DNA of 64,000 nt from an uncultured Crocinitomix sp. (GTDB lineage: Bacteria; Bacteroidota; Bacteroidia; Flavobacteriales_D; Crocinitomicaceae): assembly GCA_937136425.1 (NCBI GenBank), contig CAKZON010000083.1, positions 120-64,119 on the forward strand, read 5' to 3'. The position numbers and the translations under genes were made by a program. The notes beneath the pieces were generated by a model, which was not told the DNA's origin, did not search any database, and worked only from the letters and a program-made list of their open reading frames with translations. Numbering within the stretch: the stretch's first letter is position 1; each line of letters opens with the position of its first letter. Shown here in pieces: positions 1-8,046 of the stretch.

Positions 1-240
1 CTCAAGATGTTGATGAGTAAGAAAAACAAAATTTTCAGGTGTGTCATAACCAAATCCAACTACAACTTTCGGGTTTTGTTCGTCTCCAATTATTGTTTGT
101 TTTATTGCACCTGCTTGTATTCCAACCCAATCGCCTGGTTTAAGAATTGGAAATATTTTATGATTTCCACTTTCCGATTGCTCTTTTATTTTTTCGACTT
201 CTTTATTTGTCTTTTTCTTTCCGAATAATGCTTTCCACAT
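1..240 (-). CDS. hypothetical protein, N-terminal part only (ORF continues beyond left edge)
   Basis: Reverse-strand ATG at 240-238 (MWKALFGKKKTNKEVEKIKEQSESGNHKIFPILKPGDW...) is followed by 80 stop-free codons to position 1. It is absent from the ORF track because no stop lies in the window. No family recognised. Confidence 0.45.
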   Translation of the reverse strand, partial: MWKALFGKKKTNKEVEKIKEQSESGNHKIFPILKPGDWVGIQAGAIKQTIIGDEQNPKVVVGFGYDTPENFVFLTHQHLE

Positions 241-380
241 AATGTTTGTTTTAATTACCTACAACGGTCTAGTATAAGAATAGTAGCGGATTTATACTCA
301 CTAATTTTTCGGTTAAACACTGACCTTATTTATATTCATTTACTTTTGTTTTAGCGATTAAACCGCTATTATTTTTATAC

Positions 381-396
381 AATGTTGTGTAGCGTT
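381..396. repeat. junction motif copy AATGTTGTGTAGCGTT (inverted partner of 1825-1840)
   Basis: Matches 14 of 16 positions of the reverse complement of 1825-1840 (AACGTTGTGTAGCATT). It overlaps the stop codon of the protease gene. Confidence 0.5.
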
Positions 397-1432
397 ATTC
401 TTCTACTATTTCAAAATCAAGTATTCTAACTTCCAAATTCTCACCGCTTTCTTTTCGTAAAGCTCTATGGTCATCCCAATCAAAAATGTCAAAAGTTATA
501 GTTTTGGCTAAAAAAGCTTTTATGCCCTCATCTCGATATCCATTAAAATAAGTCTTTTCAAAATAATCAACTGGCACACCAGTTCGGTCGAATAGTATAT
601 ACAGAACTTGGATTTTACGAATTGTGTACGGTAATTTATTCCTAAAAGAAATACTTGCAATTAGTTTTTGATTGGATTCAACATTTGACCCTCCCGATAT
701 GCCTGTTTTATATTTCCAATCTCTAATAACAATTCCTTCCTTAATATTAATTTCGTTTTTTGATGTTTTTGGTGCAGTTACACCTTTAGAGATATTTAAA
801 GAGGTTATGCCATTATTTGATTTTATTAAAAGCTTTTCAAGTAGAAATGAAGGAATAGCAAAATTTAAGTTCTGCCCAGATGTTAAAGTTCCTACTGCTA
901 CTCCAATAACTTTACCAGAATTATTAATAACTGGACCTCCACTGCTACCTGGTGAAATAGGGGCAGTAATTTGAATCAACTTTTTATTTTCTAAACTTCT
1001 AATACCGCTTACTATTCCTTCTGATATTGTTCCCGACAGACCTTTAGGGTTACCAATTGCATATATTTTTTCTCCAATTTCAGATTCGGATGTTTCTAAT
1101 GATAGAGGTTGTCCGTTCAATGATGGTATAGAAAGTACAGCTAAATCATTAGATTTATCAATTGAAAAATAGCCTTCTATTTTATGTTTTTCTTTACTGC
1201 CATTTATAAAAATATAACCATATTTAGCTGCTTCTATTACGTGTAAATTTGTAACCACTTTTCCTTTATCCACAATAAAACCAGAACCAAGAGAAATTGG
1301 TTGTTTAAATTTATCTTGCATAACAAGAGAAACAGTTGAAGGCAAACAATTTTTTGCTATTTCTTTTGCAGATTGGCTAAAAGTCAGTAATGGTATTATG
1401 GTTAATATTAATAGTAGATATTTCTTAGTCAT
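395..1432 (-). CDS. secreted trypsin-like serine protease (S1C/Trypsin_2-like) with C-terminal domain of unknown function
   Basis: N-terminal signal peptide (MTKKYLLLILTIIPLLTFSQS). Catalytic triad contexts are TNLHVIE (His), NDLAVLS (Asp) and GSSGGPVIN (Ser). There is no PDZ domain; the C-terminal ~130 aa are unassigned. Confidence 0.8.
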   Translation of the reverse strand: MTKKYLLLILTIIPLLTFSQSAKEIAKNCLPSTVSLVMQDKFKQPISLGSGFIVDKGKVVTNLHVIEAAKYGYIFINGSKEKHKIEGYFSIDKSNDLAVLSIPSLNGQPLSLETSESEIGEKIYAIGNPKGLSGTISEGIVSGIRSLENKKLIQITAPISPGSSGGPVINNSGKVIGVAVGTLTSGQNLNFAIPSFLLEKLLIKSNNGITSLNISKGVTAPKTSKNEINIKEGIVIRDWKYKTGISGGSNVESNQKLIASISFRNKLPYTIRKIQVLYILFDRTGVPVDYFEKTYFNGYRDEGIKAFLAKTITFDIFDWDDHRALRKESGENLEVRILDFEIVEE

Positions 1433-1442
1433 TAGTTTTAAT

Positions 1443-1811
1443 TTATAAGTTAAATATTATTGTTCCTTTGTTGTAGCCATAATTACTTTCCACTTTTAAT
1501 ATTGCCTCATCGTAGGTCGCATACTCATAACAATATCTTGTTTCTATGTAATAATCGGTTCCATCTACTTTGTATAAATTACTTCCTTTTCTTGTAACTT
1601 CTACCTTGAATGTACCTTCTTCCATTTTTGTAGGTACTAATATTAGTTCAGCTTCTTCTAAATCTCCCGAAGTAGTTAAGACTTTAACATCGCTGTCTGG
1701 TTCAACAGCTTTATAAAATTTAGCAACATCACATTCGTCACTTAATACAGCTTTATCTGTAAAAGAAGTCAATGTAATCATTCCAATTAATACTAATAAT
1801 ATTCTTTTCAT
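1443..1811 (-). CDS. small secreted hypothetical protein
   Basis: 122-aa ORF with a signal peptide (MKRILLVLIGMITLTSF). It lies 10 nt upstream of the protease gene on the same strand, so they are probably co-transcribed. Confidence 0.55.
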   Translation of the reverse strand: MKRILLVLIGMITLTSFTDKAVLSDECDVAKFYKAVEPDSDVKVLTTSGDLEEAELILVPTKMEEGTFKVEVTRKGSNLYKVDGTDYYIETRYCYEYATYDEAILKVESNYGYNKGTIIFNL

Positions 1812-1824
1812 ACGATTTTGTTTT

Positions 1825-1840
1825 AATGCTACACAACGTT
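1825..1840. repeat. junction motif copy AATGCTACACAACGTT
   Basis: Inverted partner of 381-396. It sits 14-29 nt upstream (minus strand) of the 122-aa ORF start, next to the 11-mer TTTGTTTTAAT (1817-1827), which also occurs at 245-255. Confidence 0.5.
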
Positions 1841-2599
1841 TAGCTATGAACAGTACGGAACTAGACTATTATAGTCCATTGTTTCTAGCACAAGCCAAAG
1901 CCTTTATTTGGTGTTTATATTTTTTTATTTAATGCGAAATCTAGGATTTGGCGATTATGTAAATATACATAAACTTAGGAATATTTAACCAAAGCTCCGT
2001 ATTGATTATAGGTGCTGTTAGTATTAGTTTTTACTATTTAAGAGTATGAGTAGTTTTCAGTTAGATTCCGTTGTGTTTGGCAGTTTGTAGCTCCGTTAAT
2101 CAAGCTAACACGAGCAGCGAAATTCTGTGTTTTAAAGGCTATTGATCACTAATTTTCAGGAGGGTAAACCTCTGAATAGCAAATAGAAGAGTAGTAACTT
2201 GTCTAACTTTTATGCTTATTGATATAAACAACAAATTAACAAGTTACTACTATCTTATTGCAAAACCAAGATTAATGTTCTGATATTTAGTTTTTTAGCT
2301 GTGTTTTTAAGCGCATTTTCTTCTGTTCGTTTTTGTCTTGACACAAAAAGAACCAAAAAGGTCAAGACTGCAATTCTAGTACTCAAATTACTAATCCTCG
2401 TATCAAGACCAATCGAACTCGTCCCATAGTCCTCAAACAGCGATTGCTCAAAATTTGATACTTGCGGTTGTAATTTTTACTTACTAGTATTGAGGTCGAA
2501 AAAGAGAGTTAGGGTTAACATAAGTAATTAATACTAACGTGTTTATATATGGTTTGTTGCGTGAATTTAGCACTAAATTAATAAATAATTACTGACAAA

Positions 2600-2619
2600 G
2601 AAAATCCGCGAGGATTTTC
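2600..2619 (-). terminator. stem-loop downstream of nuclease-domain gene (possible terminator)
   Basis: GAAAATCC-GCGA-GGATTTTC: perfect 8-bp stem with a 4-nt loop. On the minus strand it is followed by a T-rich tail (TTTGTCAGT). It lies 56 nt after the stop at 2675. Confidence 0.4.
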
Positions 2620-2674
2620 GTAAGTAGGCAAGAAGCAAGCAATAAATTATATATGGTGTTGGGCATAGTATTTT

Positions 2675-3016
2675 TTAATCATCGTTTAATTCCAATTTCA
2701 TTTTGTAGGTTTTCAGACCTATTTTGTCAGTTGTTTTAATTGCATTTCTTAAACTCTCATCCATTTCTCCAGCTATAATAAAACCTTTAATTTTTCTTTC
2801 GGGGAATTTGTCCATTAGTAAACCAATATACATTGATATTTGACCAAAAACTTTATAATTAGCAATTCCAGATTTTAATTCGATTACTAATAAATCTCCA
2901 TTATGTTTTTCAAGAAGTATGTCAATCCTTTTTCCTCCAATTAGATATTCAACACCTTCATTGTTTTCTCCGATAATTTTATATTCAGGGAATAATTCAT
3001 TGATTTGAGAAACCAT
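2675..3016 (-). CDS. stand-alone PD-(D/E)XK nuclease domain protein, NucS/DUF91-like (possibly a 5'-truncated remnant)
   Basis: The motif run GGKRIDILLEKHNGDLLVIELKSG ... YIGLL ... IKGFIIAGEMDESLRNA matches the NucS-type nuclease core (D, E-x-K). Start is taken at MVSQINE (3016), because the upstream 15 codons overlap the A2M reading frame. The N-terminal DNA-binding half of NucS is absent. Confidence 0.5.
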   Translation of the reverse strand: MVSQINELFPEYKIIGENNEGVEYLIGGKRIDILLEKHNGDLLVIELKSGIANYKVFGQISMYIGLLMDKFPERKIKGFIIAGEMDESLRNAIKTTDKIGLKTYKMKLELNDD

Positions 3017-5327
3017 TGAATTTTTTAAATGCCGTTTGAGTTGCCACCAAGTGCACATCAACTTTTGTTTTTAAATCGCCCGCAATTGCACCATGTAACC
3101 ATTTAGATTCTAGATTAACAGATCTGCTTGCTGATTGATTTAATATTTCTCCATCAAATGATAATTCAATCTTTAAACGGTTAGGTTTAACAGATTCAAT
3201 TTTAATGGTTTTATAAAACTTCCTGTTTCCAACTGTAACTCTTGCACTATAATTCCCTGTTTCATCCTCTGGATTAGTGGCTGTTCTAAAGTCATACAAT
3301 CCATTTAAAGAACGGGTTGACATTTGCTCATCAACTACAATTCCCATTGGGTTTATAAACTCAAATTTAACAGGATGAGAAGAAGGTAAAAGATCCTCTT
3401 TGTCCTCCATCATAAAAGAAATATATAAACTGTCACCTGGACGCCATACCCCACGTTCAGTATAAATAAAGCCTTTAATTCCATCTTGCACTGTTTCACC
3501 AGAAACATCAAATTTACTGAGCGATAAACTCTCACCATCCTTCAATTTTAAGTAGCCTTTTTGATCTTCTTTTTCAGCTACTAGTAAGAATGGTTTTCTG
3601 TCCAAATGAACTACAGCCATCCCTTCTCCATCTGTGTCAACCTCTCCTAAAAATTGTTGTTGATAATCATAAAACTTAACCGTAGCTCCAGAAATTGGTT
3701 CTGTAGTATTTAAATCTGTTAAAACAACATGCATGTTTTTATCGGAACCGGCTTTTGCAATTATTCCAATATCAGAAATTAGGATATTTCTTGCAATTGA
3801 TTTATTTCTGTAATAATAATCCGTGCACGGATTGCTACGATCACTATAATCATAGTCATAATCATACCCGTAATCGTCATAATAATCATAGTAGTAATAA
3901 TTGTCCCCCCAATCATTTTCATTCCAAGGTTCATTGGTTGATGTAAAGTTGAAAGTAGTAAGGTTTTCATCTCCCTTTTTAGCGTCCTCACAATCATATA
4001 AAGAGTATTCTTTTTTCGCAGATAATTCTACTCGATAAATAGAACCCAAATCCATATTCACATATTTAGAAAGGTCAATTGAGAAATTATTCCAATTATG
4101 CAAATCCAAATCACCATCTGGGTTTAGTTCTATTCGCTCTTCATGCACTTCGCGCGACACACGTCTTAATTGGTAAGTTCCATCATAGTCATTTACCTGT
4201 AAGAATTGCATCATATTATCTTCATAGATCTTGGTTATTGTTACATCCACAGCAGTTAGGTTAATTGCTGCAAATGGAAAATGGGCATCACCTGTTTTTG
4301 GCACAATATTGCCTTCACCAATTAGCTCAAAATCTGGAGAAATGTCTTCAAAATAAATGCGATAATCTTCCGAACTGTCCATTCGGTCACCATTGGAGTT
4401 TTTCACTCCTTTATTGATGCGCAAACGATCAGAACCTGTAATACGTTCAGTAGGGTAAACCATTACAACCTGACCATCTGCAACCAAATTGACATCATTA
4501 TCATCTAAATAAATTAATCCTTCTAAAAACTGAGTTGAATTTAATGGATCAGAAAAATGAACTTTAATATACTGTTGCGGTGCATGATTCACTTCATAAT
4601 CAAGCACAACAAATTCATCAATTGTTGGAATTTTAATGGTTTTATCTCCAGATTTATCAATATTAACGGCACTTCCATCCCAAATTAAACTCAATTTAGA
4701 ACGTTCTGATTTACGAATAATGTTTTCAACGATAAAACCGCATGTATTATCACTTTCGCGGAAAGTCTTCACTTTCAAATCAGCACCATCTTGCGTGGCA
4801 TGAATAATGCCCCCAATCTTGGTACTATCTACACTTCCTGTAAAATATATTTTTCCTATTAATTTTTGCTTTGAATAATCTGATTGGCTGTAAGATTGAA
4901 ATCTTTCAATCTCTACTTTCATATTTCTTTCAAGCGTTCTAAAATTAAACTGAAACACCTCCAAATCATCATCAACTTCAATAATATCGGTTAAATCTAA
5001 CTCGGCTTTATAACGTACACCAGCAATCAAGGGCTCATCCGGTACAAATTCAATTGTTCTTTCATCAATCCAATTGGCGGTGCCATTAGCACTCGGCTGC
5101 AAGGTAAATGCACTTGAATGATCTTCCTCGCGCACATTTTCTGCAATGTTTTGATTGAATTGTACTTTGATTGTTGCATCTGTATTTACTGTTCCTCCAG
5201 TAAAAGCGGTAATGTACTCTGCAAATTCAGGATTAATTTGTACCTGTTCTCCCTGCTCAGTTTCTTTTGATCCTGAACATGCAATTAACGTGGTTAATAT
5301 AAATGTAAAAATTGCAATTCTTTTCAT
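2997..5327 (-). CDS. alpha-2-macroglobulin family lipoprotein, N-terminal MG-domain portion only (C-terminally truncated)
   Basis: Lipoprotein signal MKRIAIFTFILTTLIACSG (start 5327). Sequence blocks typical of Bacteroidota A2M N-termini are present: VHFSDPL, FPFAAINLTAVDVTITKIYEDNMMQFLQ, LLVAEKEDQKGYLKLKDG, SKWLHGAIAGDLK. The ORF is about 776 aa, whereas my recollection is that family members are roughly twice that. No thioester or receptor-binding part is present. Confidence 0.7.
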   Translation of the reverse strand: MKRIAIFTFILTTLIACSGSKETEQGEQVQINPEFAEYITAFTGGTVNTDATIKVQFNQNIAENVREEDHSSAFTLQPSANGTANWIDERTIEFVPDEPLIAGVRYKAELDLTDIIEVDDDLEVFQFNFRTLERNMKVEIERFQSYSQSDYSKQKLIGKIYFTGSVDSTKIGGIIHATQDGADLKVKTFRESDNTCGFIVENIIRKSERSKLSLIWDGSAVNIDKSGDKTIKIPTIDEFVVLDYEVNHAPQQYIKVHFSDPLNSTQFLEGLIYLDDNDVNLVADGQVVMVYPTERITGSDRLRINKGVKNSNGDRMDSSEDYRIYFEDISPDFELIGEGNIVPKTGDAHFPFAAINLTAVDVTITKIYEDNMMQFLQVNDYDGTYQLRRVSREVHEERIELNPDGDLDLHNWNNFSIDLSKYVNMDLGSIYRVELSAKKEYSLYDCEDAKKGDENLTTFNFTSTNEPWNENDWGDNYYYYDYYDDYGYDYDYDYSDRSNPCTDYYYRNKSIARNILISDIGIIAKAGSDKNMHVVLTDLNTTEPISGATVKFYDYQQQFLGEVDTDGEGMAVVHLDRKPFLLVAEKEDQKGYLKLKDGESLSLSKFDVSGETVQDGIKGFIYTERGVWRPGDSLYISFMMEDKEDLLPSSHPVKFEFINPMGIVVDEQMSTRSLNGLYDFRTATNPEDETGNYSARVTVGNRKFYKTIKIESVKPNRLKIELSFDGEILNQSASRSVNLESKWLHGAIAGDLKTKVDVHLVATQTAFKKFNGFSNQ

Positions 5328-5494
5328 ACGGCAAATAATAATATAAGGGTAATTTGCTCCATAAAAACACGCATTTAGCGCTAGTATGAAACAATAACTA
5401 GAACGAATGTACTTGTAATTATAACTTATAGCAATAGAACACACCAATTCTTAATGAACAAGTTATTATCTGTTTCTTAAAGTCAATTATTTGA

Positions 5495-5875
5495 TTACCC
5501 CTGATAGGTCTCTATTCCATCCTCAGTAATGACGTAAGTCTTTCTTTTACCGGATTCTCTAGAAAAGATAACCTCAAAACTAATTTCATTTCCCACATCC
5601 ATATTTAACAATGCAAAATTCGGATGATTAGGAGCTTTTAAATCCTCTGCGCAATTAGGACAAACAAAATCAACGATTTCTTTCAGTTCAAACTCTGTTT
5701 CTGGAATATGACGATAGGTATAATTACCAAAGGTTACGGACATAAAAATTCTTCCTTCAGCTCCTGAATCTCGTCTAGTGACAAGTTCAATTTCCTCACT
5801 ATTATTCAATATTTGATTACAGAAAGGACAAGAGAAACTGAAGTTTTTTAGTTCCATAGAATAGGTTTTCTTCAA
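5495..5875 (-). CDS. hypothetical zinc-ribbon protein
   Basis: Two CxxC pairs (CPFC ... CPNC). No signal peptide. An alternative start exists at MELKNF (5857). Confidence 0.55.
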   Translation of the reverse strand: MKKTYSMELKNFSFSCPFCNQILNNSEEIELVTRRDSGAEGRIFMSVTFGNYTYRHIPETEFELKEIVDFVCPNCAEDLKAPNHPNFALLNMDVGNEISFEVIFSRESGKRKTYVITEDGIETYQG

Positions 5876-5978
5876 ATTATGACAATTTGAACACTATTAC
5901 AAATTTTTGATAAATTTTTTCTTAATACTCTGGGAATACTTCTTTAATTGCTCAAAATTATTTGGCACATTATTCTTG

Positions 5979-6920
5979 CTAAATCACGATTTCACTCTCG
6001 CGCACATCACTCATGTACTTACCACCGGGATAGGAATCATTATAATCAAAGTTTAACCAAAAGAAACCTTTACTATCTTGATAATAGAAAATTGATTTCC
6101 CTTTTGACTCCTCTTGGAAATAGACATTTTTAATGAGATAAACCACCATTTCCAAATCCTTTGAGTCGCCAAATTTAACTTCAGGATACATATGCCCCAC
6201 TTGCCTATCCTCCATTTGTACAATTGTGCGTACTAATTTAACTTCACCTCCAATGGATTTAATAGCAGCTGCCATCATTATAGAATAATCATCACAGTCT
6301 CCTTTAAAAAAACCATCATATTCTAACTGGCCAATAGTTTGCACGGCGGTTGAATAATAATCTTCATCTACCGGATCATATACATATTTCCATTGAGAGT
6401 AAACCTCTTTAAATATGCTAAAAAACTGTACCCATTTTCTATTTTTAGATAAATGTGCATTATCCTGAAAATGTTTAACTGCAGTACTTGCCGCATAATT
6501 TCGAACGATAGGATCTTTATAATTAATGGCTTCTCGTAATTCTTTCTCTTTTTTGAAATGCGTTTCATGCGATTCAAACTTTTGCCGCAGTGAATTTTCT
6601 GATAAATCATACAAAAATTGAGAATAATCATGATAGAGATTATCCATAGTATAAAATCCAGAAAAGTTAGTAATTGTTAGCACTACTAAACCACCAATTA
6701 AAACAACATACACTACCATTCTCATTTTCTTGAGTAAATAGTATGTGGCAAAAAATATGGCCAAGAATAATAGAATATGGTCTATACGAATATTGGCAAT
6801 TTCCAACGCAGGAAAATACTTATAAAGTAAAACAAACAAGGGCATTGTCAATACAGCAGATACAATTCCGAGTAAAATTACAGAGCCTCCTTTATTTTTT
6901 GAAACTTTTTCTTCTTCCAC
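5979..6920 (-). CDS. membrane-anchored transglutaminase-like cysteine protease-fold protein
   Basis: Three N-terminal hydrophobic helices, then a transglutaminase-core motif GDCDDYSIMMAAAIKSIGG with a downstream GHMYPEV His. Confidence 0.65.
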   Translation of the reverse strand: MEEEKVSKNKGGSVILLGIVSAVLTMPLFVLLYKYFPALEIANIRIDHILLFLAIFFATYYLLKKMRMVVYVVLIGGLVVLTITNFSGFYTMDNLYHDYSQFLYDLSENSLRQKFESHETHFKKEKELREAINYKDPIVRNYAASTAVKHFQDNAHLSKNRKWVQFFSIFKEVYSQWKYVYDPVDEDYYSTAVQTIGQLEYDGFFKGDCDDYSIMMAAAIKSIGGEVKLVRTIVQMEDRQVGHMYPEVKFGDSKDLEMVVYLIKNVYFQEESKGKSIFYYQDSKGFFWLNFDYNDSYPGGKYMSDVRESEIVI

Positions 6921-7039
6921 GGTTCAAAAATAGTGAATCTATAGCAGGACTTGGCAAAAATTAATCCCAATGTATTATTCGCGTATTAATCCGTCAAATT
7001 CGACCCTTGAAATGAACAATTTGATTGCTCTAATTTGAT

Positions 7040-7047
7040 TATATTTG
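7040..7047 (+). promoter_or_regulatory. candidate Bacteroidota -7 box TATATTTG
   Basis: Matches TAnnTTTG. It lies 29 nt upstream of the hbd start. Confidence 0.35.
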
Positions 7048-7075
7048 CCGTTCAATCTAAGAAAAAATCATTTTT

Positions 7076-7966
7076 ATGAAGAATATAACAGTTATTGGAG
7101 CAGGTACTATGGGAAATGGTATTGCTCATGTTTTTGCTCAAAACGGATATGCCGTAACACTTGTAGATATTTCTCAAGCGGCTATTGATAAAGCAATTGC
7201 TAAAATTGGTAAAAATTTGGACCGAATGGTTGCCAAAGAAAAAATTACTGATGCGGATAAAGCTGCAACTTTAGCTAATATTGGATCAAGTACTGACTTA
7301 AAGACGGGAGTTGCCAATGCTGACTTAGTTGTTGAAGCTGCGACTGAAAATGTTGATCTTAAATTGAAAATTTTCAGAGATATTGATGCTAACACAAGTG
7401 ATGATTGCATTTTAGCAACAAACACTTCATCAATTTCTATTACTAAAATTGCTGCAGTTACTTCAAAACCAGACAAAGTAATTGGAATGCACTTTATGAA
7501 TCCGGTTCCAATCATGAAATTGGTTGAAATTATTAGAGGATACTCTACATCTGACGAAGTGACAAACATTATTATGGAAACTTCTAAGTCATTAAAAAAG
7601 GTGCCTGTTGAAGTAAATGATTATCCTGGTTTCGTCGCTAATCGTATTTTAATGCCAATGATTAATGAGGCTATTATTACCTTAAACGAAGGTGTTGCTG
7701 GTGTTGAAGAAATTGACACGGTAATGAAACTTGGTATGGCTCACCCAATGGGACCATTACAATTAGCTGATTTCATTGGTTTAGACGTTTGTTTAGCAAT
7801 TATGAATGTATTGTATGATGGTTTAGGAAATGATAAATATGCACCTTGTCCGTTATTGGTAAACATGGTTACTGCAGGTAAACTTGGAATTAAATCAGGT
7901 GAAGGTTTTTATAGCTGGGGACATGGAACAAAGGATTTAATTGTTGCAGATAACTTTAAGAAATAA
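7076..7966 (+). CDS. hbd: 3-hydroxybutyryl-CoA dehydrogenase
   Basis: Rossmann motif VIGAGTMGNGIA at the N-terminus. Typical 3HCDH N- and C-domain blocks (HFMNPVPIMKLVEIIRG, GFVANRIL, MGPLQLADFIGLD). Length 296 aa. Confidence 0.9.
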   Translation: MKNITVIGAGTMGNGIAHVFAQNGYAVTLVDISQAAIDKAIAKIGKNLDRMVAKEKITDADKAATLANIGSSTDLKTGVANADLVVEAATENVDLKLKIFRDIDANTSDDCILATNTSSISITKIAAVTSKPDKVIGMHFMNPVPIMKLVEIIRGYSTSDEVTNIIMETSKSLKKVPVEVNDYPGFVANRILMPMINEAIITLNEGVAGVEEIDTVMKLGMAHPMGPLQLADFIGLDVCLAIMNVLYDGLGNDKYAPCPLLVNMVTAGKLGIKSGEGFYSWGHGTKDLIVADNFKK

Positions 7967-8014
7967 GTAATTAGATATTTGTCGTAAGACAAGTTGGAAA
8001 TATATAATTAAGAA

Positions 8015-8046
8015 AGGCCGCTCTAGTAAATTGGGCGGCTTTTTTA
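8015..8046 (+). terminator. rho-independent terminator after hbd
   Basis: 7-bp GC-rich stem (AGGCCGC / GCGGCTT) followed by TTTTT. Confidence 0.5.

Noticed and set aside
241-396. Interpreting the 155-bp spacer as a bona fide integron attC site.
   Set aside because: The terminal cores (CTACACAAC / GTTGTAGG) do not fit RYYYAAC / GTTRRRY. Pairing is only about 7 bp with a bulge, and no intI is visible in the window. I kept it only as an attC-like geometry in the findings.
672-974. 100-aa + strand ORF inside the protease gene. The same applies to similar antisense ORFs: 7174..7569, 9839..10093, 12467..12736, 14050..14259, 15009..15320, 18437..18832, 28829..29260, 30647..30958, 34209..34652, 44455..44718, 50887..51198 and 58472..58816.
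   Set aside because: Each lies wholly inside, and antisense to or out of frame with, a longer ORF that has clear family motifs. Their sequences are low-complexity mirror images of the real gene, so I treat them as shadow ORFs.
2395-2440. Minus-strand GGGACGAGTTCGATTGGTC, which resembles a tRNA T-arm (GTTCGAT loop) and could mark an island integration site.
   Set aside because: The flanking bases do not form a proper 5-bp T-stem. No acceptor, D or anticodon arms can be drawn around it.
3017-3061. N-terminal 15-codon extension (MMCTWWQLKRHLKNS) of the nuclease-domain ORF. The A-rich ATTTAAAAACAAAAG upstream of it resembles the cassette leader motif.
   Set aside because: This stretch reads in another frame as a plausible continuation of the A2M protein (GDLKTKVDVHLVATQTAFKKF). 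The resemblance to the leader motif is therefore most simply coincidental A-richness, and I placed the nuclease start at 3016.
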